From an uncultured Candidatus Saccharibacteria bacterium (GTDB lineage: Bacteria; Patescibacteriota; Saccharimonadia; Saccharimonadales; JAUPVS01), in contig CAYPFM010000001.1 of NCBI GenBank assembly GCA_964410185.1, positions 208,860-272,859 on the forward strand: a DNA stretch of 64,000 nt. Direction: 5' to 3'. Shown here piece after piece: positions 26,650 to 35,132 of this stretch. Each line of letters begins with the position of its first letter. Positions within the stretch are counted from its first letter, which is position 1. Made by a program: the position numbers and the translations under genes. Under the pieces are notes generated by a model. That model made no database searches. It was not told the origin of the DNA and saw nothing but the letters and a program-made list of their open reading frames with translations.

Positions 26650-27408
26650 ATGACAAAAGACATCTTAACCGTCAAAGACCTGACCAAAAAATACGACGAT
26701 AAAACCGTCGTCAAAGGCATCAGTTTTAGCGTAAAAAAGGGCGAAATTTTCGGTATTCTTGGCCCCAATGGGGCGGGCAAGACGACTACCCTAGAAATGA
26801 TCGAAGCCTTACGAGAAATAGATGGTGGTGAAGCCTGGGTAGATGGCTATGACGTCTCCAAAGACTCCCAAAAAGTGAAGTATATTATTGGCGTTCAGCC
26901 ACAAAGCCCTGCTTTCATGGACAAGGTCAAACTGACCGAGCAGTTGGAACAACTGGCTTCGGCCTACGGCCAAACGGTTCATGCTAAAAAACTCTTGGAA
27001 GAAGTTGATTTGGCCGATAAAGCCGGTAGCTACGTCGAGAATCTCTCTGGCGGTCAACGACAACGCTTTAGTATCGTCGCTTCGCTTGTACACAAGCCAA
27101 AAGTCTTCTTTATGGATGAGCCAACAACTGGCCTCGACCCACAGGCCCGTCGAAAACTCTGGGATTTAGTTAAAACTACCCGTGACTCGGGCGTCACCAT
27201 TATTCTAACCACACATTACATGGAAGAGGCCGAAGTGCTCTGTGACCGGGTGGCAATTATGGATCAGGGTAAAATCATTGCCCTCGACACCCCCCAGAAC
27301 CTCGTTCAGCAACTTCTTAAACGAGGTTTTAAGAAGTCGCAAAAAGTTGAGCAGGCCGATCTAGAAGATGTCTTCATCGATCTGACCGGGAAGGGGCTTA
27401 AGGACTAA
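26650..27408 (+). CDS. ABC transporter ATP-binding protein (ABC-2/DrrA-like)
   Basis: Walker A GPNGAGKTT, signature LSGGQRQR and Walker B VFFMDEPT. Confidence 0.9.
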   Translation: MTKDILTVKDLTKKYDDKTVVKGISFSVKKGEIFGILGPNGAGKTTTLEMIEALREIDGGEAWVDGYDVSKDSQKVKYIIGVQPQSPAFMDKVKLTEQLEQLASAYGQTVHAKKLLEEVDLADKAGSYVENLSGGQRQRFSIVASLVHKPKVFFMDEPTTGLDPQARRKLWDLVKTTRDSGVTIILTTHYMEEAEVLCDRVAIMDQGKIIALDTPQNLVQQLLKRGFKKSQKVEQADLEDVFIDLTGKGLKD

Positions 27409-27410
27409 TT

Positions 27411-28523
27411 ATGAGCCGACTACCAAAATCACTCCTTCCTGTTAAAGTCTTTGCCAAGGTGGCAATTCGTCGCACCTTCCGCGACAAAACGGCGCTGTTC
27501 TTTACCTTTGCCTTCCCGTTAATTTTCTTGTTTGTTTTCGGGGGCATCTTTGGTAAAAGTAGCGGTACTTCCTTTAAGGTGGCTGTTATCAACGAGTCAT
27601 CATCACCATACGCTAAGCAGGTGACCGAGCAGGTTAATGGCAATAAATTGTATAAGGTCAGCCAAGGTGTTAATACGCTTGATGCTGCCAAGGATAAGAT
27701 GAACCGTGGCCAGCTCGATGCGGCGATTGTTTTGCCAGCCGACTTTGGCAATCAACAAGGGGATACCCCATCAGGCAAGGCCGTTGTGTACTACACTCAG
27801 AATAACGTTCAGGCCAGCCAGGCACTCACCTCCATTTTGCAGGCTCAGCTTCAGGGCATGAACCAGAAGTTTGTCGCCACAGCGACACCATTTACGGTCA
27901 CCGCAACGCAACTCAACCTTAAGGGCCTGACACAGTTTGATTACACCTTCGCTGGCCTGCTTGGGTTCTCGATTATTGGGTTGGGTATCTTTGGACCAGT
28001 CAACGTCTTCCCGGAGCTCAAGAAGCAGGGTATTCTGCGCCGATTGCACACCACGCCGCTCCGGGTTTGGCAGTACTTTATGGCTAACGTGGTCTCGCAA
28101 ACAGTGGTCGGCTTGCTTACGATGGCGCTACTATTTGCGGTTGCGATTGTCGTCTTCCACCTCAATGTGGTTGGCAACTGGTTCGCGGTCGTTTTCTTCC
28201 TGAGCATTAGTATCATTATGATTCTCGGAATCGGTTTAGCACTGGGTGGCTGGGCTAAGAACGAACGGCAGGCCGCACCGCTGTCGAACATTGTGGTCTT
28301 CCCAATGCTGTTCTTGTCAGGCACATTCTTCCCACGCTTCCTGATGCCACAGTGGCTACAGACTGCCTCTAATTTTCTGCCCCTGACACCAGTTATTGAT
28401 GGTATCCGACTGATTACGACCGAAGGTAAAACGCTGTTGCAGCTTGGTCCGCAAATCGGCTTGATTGCCGTCTGGACAGTAGTGATTTACTTCATCGCTT
28501 TCCGCGTCTTCCGCTGGGAATAA
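27411..28523 (+). CDS. ABC-2 type transporter permease
   Basis: 370 aa. One N-terminal TM helix, a large loop, then a C-terminal bundle of 5 TM helices. Adjacent to the ATPase. Confidence 0.8.
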   Translation: MSRLPKSLLPVKVFAKVAIRRTFRDKTALFFTFAFPLIFLFVFGGIFGKSSGTSFKVAVINESSSPYAKQVTEQVNGNKLYKVSQGVNTLDAAKDKMNRGQLDAAIVLPADFGNQQGDTPSGKAVVYYTQNNVQASQALTSILQAQLQGMNQKFVATATPFTVTATQLNLKGLTQFDYTFAGLLGFSIIGLGIFGPVNVFPELKKQGILRRLHTTPLRVWQYFMANVVSQTVVGLLTMALLFAVAIVVFHLNVVGNWFAVVFFLSISIIMILGIGLALGGWAKNERQAAPLSNIVVFPMLFLSGTFFPRFLMPQWLQTASNFLPLTPVIDGIRLITTEGKTLLQLGPQIGLIAVWTVVIYFIAFRVFRWE

Positions 28524-28544
28524 TCACCCCTAGAGCAACAGGGG

Positions 28545-28573
28545 TTGTAAAATTTGCATAAGCGTGATATAAT
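28545..28573 (+). promoter_or_regulatory. promoter TTGTAA-17-TATAAT, 6 nt from the ATG (leaderless-type)
   Basis: Hexamers at 28545-28550 and 28568-28573. ATG at 28580. Confidence 0.5.
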
Positions 28574-28579
28574 ACTAGT

Positions 28580-28882
28580 ATGACATTTGAACAGCCCGAT
28601 CTCTTTGGAGATGTGCCAGCTAAACAGCAACAATTTGACGCACTTGAAGTAGCCTCGCGTATTGCAGCTACGGCCCGCGACAATCCATATGCCGAGCAAG
28701 AGCTACGTGCAGCTCGTATTGCAGAGCAAAGAGAAGGCCGGCTTATCACTGATCAAACAGAAACCCAAAGCATGGCTCCTGCCAAACCAGATGGCCACGA
28801 TGAGTATGAACCGCTTACACGAACAGCTGAAAGTATTGGTCTCCCTGCTGTTCAAGCCATCCGTAATACTCTCAAGAGATAA
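28580..28882 (+). CDS. hypothetical protein
   Basis: 100-aa ORF with its own promoter. Confidence 0.45.
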   Translation: MTFEQPDLFGDVPAKQQQFDALEVASRIAATARDNPYAEQELRAARIAEQREGRLITDQTETQSMAPAKPDGHDEYEPLTRTAESIGLPAVQAIRNTLKR

Positions 28883-28884
28883 GT

Positions 28885-29709
28885 ATGCCTCCACGTAGTG
28901 CTCACCCGCAGGTTGGAGAAATGGTTCTGCCGTTTGAAGGTGGGTTGCCACCACAAGTTATGGGGATAGACTGGGGTCAAAGAATCAGCTTTAGTCGGTT
29001 ACTGAACGTTCTGAGTGCCAGCGAGCCAAGCCTGGAGAGCATGGGACAAGTAACTGTTGAGGAGCTAGAAATAATCAACCCAGCGGCAATTAATGCAGCC
29101 CTACTCGTCGGTTCAGATCGTAGTAAAGTCCAAAACGCCTATAATGGGCTTGTCTTACCAGATGATGACTATCTCGCAGTTGCAGGTAGCCCTCGGACAT
29201 TGGCTGAGCGGACCATGGCAAGAACCGCTCGAAGCCGCAAAGGCATGAGTCCCCCTGATGTTACCGAAGCAGCTAAACTGCGTTCAGCAGGCCATGTATT
29301 GGAAAAGAAAGTGGCTGCCAGCCGGGCCCGCGCACAGGTTGTTGAGACAGAAAACACGGCGGTGAAAGTTGTCCTGGCAGAGTCAAAAAGCAAAGGCGCT
29401 GCGCATTATAAAGCCGGGAATTTATACCCTAAAGTTATCCTTGCTCGTGATACTATTGAGCAAATGGTAGAAGTTGCCGGTAAGCGAATTGGCTGGAGTG
29501 TTGATGACCACACACTTGCCAAGAATGCTCTATACGTTCAATTGCTTGGTCGTCGTGGGGGCGGGGATCAGAGAACGGCAAATTGGGCTCAGTATGGTGG
29601 TGATGCTTATCGCTATGGACGCAGGCGAGCCGCAATTATCCGTAGTGCAGCCTCTAGTGCTGAACGGGAACTGTACAAATATAAGCCTGCCCTCGAACGG
29701 GGTCGTTAG
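28885..29709 (+). CDS. hypothetical protein
   Basis: 274-aa ORF starting 2 nt after the previous stop. Confidence 0.5.
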   Translation: MPPRSAHPQVGEMVLPFEGGLPPQVMGIDWGQRISFSRLLNVLSASEPSLESMGQVTVEELEIINPAAINAALLVGSDRSKVQNAYNGLVLPDDDYLAVAGSPRTLAERTMARTARSRKGMSPPDVTEAAKLRSAGHVLEKKVAASRARAQVVETENTAVKVVLAESKSKGAAHYKAGNLYPKVILARDTIEQMVEVAGKRIGWSVDDHTLAKNALYVQLLGRRGGGDQRTANWAQYGGDAYRYGRRRAAIIRSAASSAERELYKYKPALERGR

Positions 29710-30680
29710 TGCAGGACTTGCCTAAACCCTTCCTGGTCCTCGCTCCAATGGACGATGTTACGGACACCGTCTTCCGACGGGTGATTGCCGGCACGGCGCC
29801 GCCAGACCTATACTTTACGGAGTTTGTGAACGTTGACGGGCTACAAAGCGTGGGCAGGGAAAAGCTCCTCCCCAAGCTGCGGTTTACTGCTAAAGAAAAA
29901 CCAATTATTGCCCAAATTTGGGGCAAAAACCCAGAAAATTATTACAAAACTACTCTGGAGCTCAAGCAAATGGGCTTTGCGGGGGTAGATATCAACATGG
30001 GCTGCCCAGATAAGGCCGTGGTCAAGAACGGCTGCTGCAGCGCCCTGATCAACGACAGGGAAGCGGCAGGGGAGATTATCCGAGCCGTCCAAAAAGCCGC
30101 CGGGGAAGACTTCCCCGTTTCGGTTAAAACCCGGATAGGTTTCGGAACCATCGACTTAACCTGGATCGAGCACTTGCTATCGTTCAAACTTAACATGTTA
30201 ACTATTCACGGTCGGACGACTCGTGAGATGTCCAAGGTGCCGGCGCACTGGGATGTGATTGGCCAGTGCCGCGAGTTACGCGATCAACTCTCCCCCACCA
30301 CGCTGATCGTTGGCAACGGTGACGTAAAAGACTATCAGCACGCGCAGGAACTAGCCGAGCAATACCAGCTCGACGGCATCATGATTGGGCGGGGGGTCTT
30401 TGATGACCCATACGTTTTCGCGGCCCAAAGCCCCTGGGCGACAATGTCATCCGAAGAGCAGGTGCGGCTATTCCAAAAGCATATCGAGCTCTACGCTGCT
30501 ACCTGGCAGAATAATGAAAGAAAGCTTCATACACTTAATAAGTTCTGTAAGATTTATATCAGTGGCTTTGATGGCGCCAAAGAGCTGCGTGAACAGCTGA
30601 TGGCCTGCCAAACAATCCAGCAACTACGCGATATTTTGATAACTGTGGTGCCGGGCACCCCAGTCGGACATCTTCACTAG
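29709..30680 (+). CDS. dus: tRNA-dihydrouridine synthase
   Basis: LAPMDDVTDTVFR, VDINMGCP and HGRT motifs. Confidence 0.85.
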   Translation: MQDLPKPFLVLAPMDDVTDTVFRRVIAGTAPPDLYFTEFVNVDGLQSVGREKLLPKLRFTAKEKPIIAQIWGKNPENYYKTTLELKQMGFAGVDINMGCPDKAVVKNGCCSALINDREAAGEIIRAVQKAAGEDFPVSVKTRIGFGTIDLTWIEHLLSFKLNMLTIHGRTTREMSKVPAHWDVIGQCRELRDQLSPTTLIVGNGDVKDYQHAQELAEQYQLDGIMIGRGVFDDPYVFAAQSPWATMSSEEQVRLFQKHIELYAATWQNNERKLHTLNKFCKIYISGFDGAKELREQLMACQTIQQLRDILITVVPGTPVGHLH

Positions 30681-30953
30681 GATTTCCTGGAGCTCTACCC
30701 CCTTCTGGGTCAGCTCATAGGTATAGCGCGGTGGATGCTCGCAGTACATTCGTTTATCAACTATTTTTTCATCCTCTAGTTTGCAGAGACGCTGACTCAG
30801 AGTACGCGGGCTGATACCGGCTAAAGACGTCTCGAGATCGCCAAAACGGGCCTTGCCAGAAGAGAGGTCGCGGATAATCAGGGGCGTCCATTTGTCGCCC
30901 ATAATGTCGAGAGTTGCCTGAATGCAGCCGGGACGTTTTTCAATATTTACCAT
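30624..30953 (-). CDS. HxlR-family winged-helix transcriptional regulator
   Basis: GDKWTPLIIRDL...FGDL...ISPRTLSQRLCKLEDEKIV...Y.LT.KG pattern, 109 aa. Confidence 0.85.
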   Translation of the reverse strand: MVNIEKRPGCIQATLDIMGDKWTPLIIRDLSSGKARFGDLETSLAGISPRTLSQRLCKLEDEKIVDKRMYCEHPPRYTYELTQKGVELQEILVKMSDWGARHHSYQNIA

Positions 30954-31043
30954 AACAACAGTATACTCTGAAAAAATAGACTTTACAAAGTATAGTTAGT
31001 GACTATACTAAGTGTAGTAATAGTAAGAAAAAAGGAAGCTACG

Positions 31044-31601
31044 ATGAGTAAGAAATTTGCAGTCATTATTGGTTCTACCCGCCCTACCCGCATTGGTCAC
31101 GATATCGCCGATTGGTTTGTCCGGACCGTTGCTGACACGCCCGATGCTCAGTTTGAGACGATTGATTTGCGCGAGGTTAACCTGCCATTTATGGACGAGC
31201 CGAATACGCCGTCACTTGGTCAGTACCAGAAAGACTATACCAACAAGTGGAAGGCATTAGTTGATTCGTATGATGGCTTTGTATTTGTTACGGCCGAGTA
31301 TAACGCTGGCTACCCAGCACCCCTTAAGAACGCCATAGATTACTTGAGTGCCGAGTGGCACGACAAGCCGGCAGCGATTGTCAGCTACGGATGGGGTGGT
31401 GGCGTTGGTGCGGCCGCCCAGCTACGTCAGGTACTAGAACGCCTCAAAATGCGCCCAACTGGCACGAGCCCGGCGCTAACCTTTGGTGCCGATACCTTTA
31501 ACGAATCCGCCCAACTCCAGGATGTTGATAAGAGTTTTGCGGTCAATGTTGACGAAGCCAAGCTGGCGGCCAAGCAGCTTGTGGACCTGACTACTTCGTA
31601 A
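31044..31601 (+). CDS. NADPH-dependent FMN reductase
   Basis: Internal ATG at 31044 with an aaaggaag RBS. AVIIGSTRPTRIG...FVTAEYNAGYPAPLKNAID. Divergent from hxlR. Confidence 0.8.
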   Translation: MSKKFAVIIGSTRPTRIGHDIADWFVRTVADTPDAQFETIDLREVNLPFMDEPNTPSLGQYQKDYTNKWKALVDSYDGFVFVTAEYNAGYPAPLKNAIDYLSAEWHDKPAAIVSYGWGGGVGAAAQLRQVLERLKMRPTGTSPALTFGADTFNESAQLQDVDKSFAVNVDEAKLAAKQLVDLTTS

Positions 31602-32256
31602 AGGTCAGGCTTTTTGTCACCAGCAGGTTGAAGTCGTTCAATACATCGGGGTTGGCTGGGGGTTGGGTGTAGCCAGCCACGTAGGTTTTGCCATTGGTGT
31701 AAAAAACGTAATTCACGACAATCGTCCCGTCGGCCAAGGCTCCCATGCCAGGTGTGTCCGAGGCAGCTTGCCCTTTTGCCGTACCGCTAATTTTCTTGCC
31801 CGTTACGCCATCGACAGTGACGTCAGTTTTAGTGACAGCCGTATAACCGGTTCCCAGTTCATAGTTGCTGCGTGAATCGCCGTCAGTAGACGTGATGTGC
31901 ACCTGTCCAAAGCCTTCCGAAGCACAAACTCCAACTGTTGCAGTGGTTGGTCCAAGCAGGAGGATCCCTGGGCTACAGAGCTCGGGGTGAGTAGCCTTAA
32001 CCCAGGTTGTTGGGTAGCGCAGAGCAAACTTACCGGCCGCATCGCTGTATACAGTCCAGGTCGCCGTAGGGTCGGCTTCTGTTTTAGGCACTGGCGTTGA
32101 AGTAGTTTTTTGGACAGTGGTTGTGGTGGTTGTCGCCGGTGCTTTCTTTTGGTTTTTGTAGACCAGCCAGCCCGCCGCGCCGATGAGCGCAACAATCAAA
32201 ATAATAAACAGGATGGTTAGTGCCGAGCCGGATTGGTTGTTTTGGAGTTTCTTCAT
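31591..32256 (-). CDS. hypothetical anchored/secreted protein with Thr-rich linker
   Basis: 221-aa ORF with an N-terminal TM helix. Confidence 0.5.
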   Translation of the reverse strand: MKKLQNNQSGSALTILFIILIVALIGAAGWLVYKNQKKAPATTTTTTVQKTTSTPVPKTEADPTATWTVYSDAAGKFALRYPTTWVKATHPELCSPGILLLGPTTATVGVCASEGFGQVHITSTDGDSRSNYELGTGYTAVTKTDVTVDGVTGKKISGTAKGQAASDTPGMGALADGTIVVNYVFYTNGKTYVAGYTQPPANPDVLNDFNLLVTKSLTFTK

Positions 32257-32323
32257 AGTACCCTAAGCATAAGCTGTGTTGATTTGTTTTGCAAAGAAGG
32301 GGCTATCCAATATAATCGGCAGT

Positions 32324-33421
32324 ATGAAGAAGATCCGCCTCTTATTGGCCATTGTTCTCGTGAGCATTGGCGTAGCCATCACTTACCATTATTTTGAATA
32401 CGCCGTCCACCATTCGATTACCTACATCTGGGACACCCTGCTCAACACCCAAACTCACCGGTGGCTGGTGGTGCCAACCTGTCTGGTGCTGGGGCTGGCC
32501 TTTTTTGGTTTACAACATTGGCTCGATCCAGCGTCCGAAAAGCATGCCAGTGAAGGGCTCGGCGAAATGCCAACCCCTACCATCGTTAACTTCGCCAAAG
32601 TGTTGTTTATCGGCTTCTTTTCGCTGGTGGCTGGAGCCTCGCTCGGCCCCGAAGCTATCCTGGTGCCCGCTTCGATGGTGATTGGCGGCTATGTCGGCGT
32701 GAAGCTATTCAAAAAAGACAGTCAATTGGCCAAGCTGTTGGCGATGGTTGGCTTCATTGCCCTGTTTGCATCCTTCTTTAATTCATTCATTGCCGGCATG
32801 CTAGGGCTGTTGTTGGTTACCAAGCAGGTCAAGATTAAGCTAAACACTGGCTTAGTACTTGTGGCTGCACTGGCATCAGTTACAACCGTGCTAGCACTCA
32901 AAGTCTTGTCATCTTCGGCCTTTGTAGAAATGCCACCATATAGCTGGCAGCAGTCACCACGGACATTGTTGACGCTAGTAGTCTTAGTTGTTGCCGGGTT
33001 CGCGTTGACCTACATCCTAAAGGGCTTACACATCGGCATTGATAAACTGCACGCCGTGGTTAAGCAATACCCGTGGTGGGTCAAGGGCACCGTGGCTGCA
33101 GTTGGTCTGTCGGCGTTGTACCTACTCGGTGGTTCGCTGGTGATGTTCACTGGTAACGAATCGATTGTACCTATGCTTCAACAAGCACCAACACTTGGTT
33201 TGGTTGGTCTGGCCTGGATCTTGGTGGTCAAGTTATTTGCCATAAGTTGGTCCAAGACCATGGGCTACCGCGGCGGCATGATATTCCCAACGGTCTTTGC
33301 GGCTAGCGTCTGCGTGGCTTTCTCGCAAACCATCGTCAAGGATGTGAACTTCGTTTACGGCTTAATCGCCGTCATCTTTGGCGTCCTGGCAGCCAATAAG
33401 AAGCTACAGATTTTGTTCTAG
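32324..33421 (+). CDS. ClC-family voltage-gated chloride channel-like protein (short form)
   Basis: Internal ATG at 32324, 7 nt after TATAAT (32311-32316). GASLGPEA and GGMIFP motifs resemble the ClC GxEGP and GxFxP motifs. Confidence 0.6.
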   Translation: MKKIRLLLAIVLVSIGVAITYHYFEYAVHHSITYIWDTLLNTQTHRWLVVPTCLVLGLAFFGLQHWLDPASEKHASEGLGEMPTPTIVNFAKVLFIGFFSLVAGASLGPEAILVPASMVIGGYVGVKLFKKDSQLAKLLAMVGFIALFASFFNSFIAGMLGLLLVTKQVKIKLNTGLVLVAALASVTTVLALKVLSSSAFVEMPPYSWQQSPRTLLTLVVLVVAGFALTYILKGLHIGIDKLHAVVKQYPWWVKGTVAAVGLSALYLLGGSLVMFTGNESIVPMLQQAPTLGLVGLAWILVVKLFAISWSKTMGYRGGMIFPTVFAASVCVAFSQTIVKDVNFVYGLIAVIFGVLAANKKLQILF

Positions 33422-33437
33422 CGACAGGGACCATACA

Positions 33438-33466
33438 TTGATAAATATAGTATAAAGTGATATAAT
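33438..33466 (+). promoter_or_regulatory. promoter TTGATA-17-TATAAT
   Basis: Hexamers at 33438-33443 and 33461-33466. ATG at 33476. Confidence 0.5.
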
Positions 33467-33475
33467 ATTGGTATT

Positions 33476-34774
33476 ATGTCCTCGGTCCCTGACATCCTAA
33501 TCCTCACTAGCCTCTCCCCAAAAGAGCAGGCTGGTATGTTGTATTCACCAAACCTCTCTGCTAAAGCCCAGGAGTATAGCCGGTACGAGGGGCAAATGTG
33601 GTCCAGCTATCTAGAGACTGAGCCGGGTGAACTTCTCGAAGAACATGAAGCACGGCGTCTTGCCGACTATTACCACATCAAAACTGCCGAAAAACTCCAG
33701 AATAATCCAAAGAATGCGCTGCTATGGACGGAACGGTTTAATCAGGCAGGGGTGGAGATATACGGTGATATTGACCCGGCAGAGGTTCAGTCTATTGCCG
33801 TGCAAGAACTTAGCTTACTTGGTGATGGTGATGGTGTCGGTTCGTTTGTCGTAGGAGCTTACCAGCGTCTAGCTGGAGAAGGCGGTGAGGTTATAAAATC
33901 TAAAGAAGCTCAGATCGATTTTGGGGAATTCAGGGATGTCTTATTCGATCAATTTAAACCAATCGTGGACACAATTGAAGCACTAGAAGAAGGTCAGTTT
34001 GAAGCACCGGCCGTTCGTGCTTGCTTTCAGGAAATAATCGACAAGTTAGCGAAAGAAGACCCCGAGTGGGACAACTGGAAAATCACAAATCCAGACGGGA
34101 AGACAATGTTAGCAGTAGTGTCACCAAACAAAGAAATCGAAATACCCGATGGTCGTGGCCCGGTTGGTAGTAAGCAGGAGCTGTTCGGGTTGGCCTTGCA
34201 TGAGTTGGGCGTCCATGCGACACGTGCGGTCAACGGTCAAAAAACGGGGGATAGCATGATGGAAAGAAATGGTTTACCAAACTATATAGACTTCGAAGAA
34301 GGGCTTGGTATCTTTTTTGAGTATATGGCCACTGGCAAAGTTCCTGAAAAAGCACGGGACAGGTATGTTGATATCGCCTTGGCAACCGGAGTTGTAGCGG
34401 GCTATCGTCTCAGCCGCGAGGAACTGATAGAACTGGGTAGTAGCCGTCAACAAGCGCGTGCTATGGCTGCGGGGCAAGAACAAGTTGCAGATCATGAAGC
34501 GGTAATCAGCCACGTCAATCGTATTTTTCGCGGTGGTAATGGTCTGCCAATACGCGACGTGAATGGCACCATCATCGACCAAGCGGTCTTCAATAAGGAC
34601 CTGGTGTACTACCAAGGTTTTCTCAAGGTGCAGGACTTTATTCGGACACAACTGCAAGCCGGCCTTTCACCCAAACAGGTGATTGATTATGTGTTGGCAG
34701 GTAAGTTTGATGCCACCAATCCTCGGCACGTTGCTTACGTTGCCCAAAAGCACCAGCTCTCGCTTACTGCGTAA
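33476..34774 (+). CDS. putative zinc metallopeptidase (HExxH; possibly DUF1704-like)
   Basis: LALHELGVHATRA contains HExxH. A downstream FEEGLGIFFEY motif follows. The family assignment is from memory only. Confidence 0.45.
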   Translation: MSSVPDILILTSLSPKEQAGMLYSPNLSAKAQEYSRYEGQMWSSYLETEPGELLEEHEARRLADYYHIKTAEKLQNNPKNALLWTERFNQAGVEIYGDIDPAEVQSIAVQELSLLGDGDGVGSFVVGAYQRLAGEGGEVIKSKEAQIDFGEFRDVLFDQFKPIVDTIEALEEGQFEAPAVRACFQEIIDKLAKEDPEWDNWKITNPDGKTMLAVVSPNKEIEIPDGRGPVGSKQELFGLALHELGVHATRAVNGQKTGDSMMERNGLPNYIDFEEGLGIFFEYMATGKVPEKARDRYVDIALATGVVAGYRLSREELIELGSSRQQARAMAAGQEQVADHEAVISHVNRIFRGGNGLPIRDVNGTIIDQAVFNKDLVYYQGFLKVQDFIRTQLQAGLSPKQVIDYVLAGKFDATNPRHVAYVAQKHQLSLTA

Positions 34775-34871
34775 CCTGTGCTCGAAGCAAGCTTCTGTGC
34801 GCGACATTGTTCTTCGAACCACTTTTGCTTTGCAAAAGCCTTGGTTTGCTCCCAACAACTCATGAGTAAAT

Positions 34872-34893
34872 AAAAACCATCCGGAAGGATGGT
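34872..34893 (-). terminator. intrinsic terminator oriented for the minus strand
   Basis: accatcc-ggaa-ggatggt hairpin (34876-34893). The T-run falls on the minus strand (A-run 34872-34876 on plus). It lies 10 nt from the left att core. Confidence 0.55.
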
Positions 34894-35132
34894 CTTGATT
34901 TACTGGTGGGGACGGTGTCGGCTTATTTGAAACACGCCCATTAGAAGACATCCTAGCAGATATAGCAGTTGGCTGGAATGATACTCGGCGTATCATTGGT
35001 AATCTGCGGTCCGGCACAACACCTGAATTAAGTTATGTCCTATAAGAGGTCATGACTATAAGACGAAAGTGTTTGAAACAAACAATATGCTTATGCTATG
35101 TCATACGGCATACACGGACTAAAATAGTATGA

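Noticed and set aside
34904-34950. A tRNA remnant or duplicated tRNA 3' half at the left end of element A (TGGTGGGGACGGTGTCGG...).
   Set aside because: Beyond the 8-nt core there is no T-arm or acceptor complement. The sequence reads better as the continuation of the recombinase frame.
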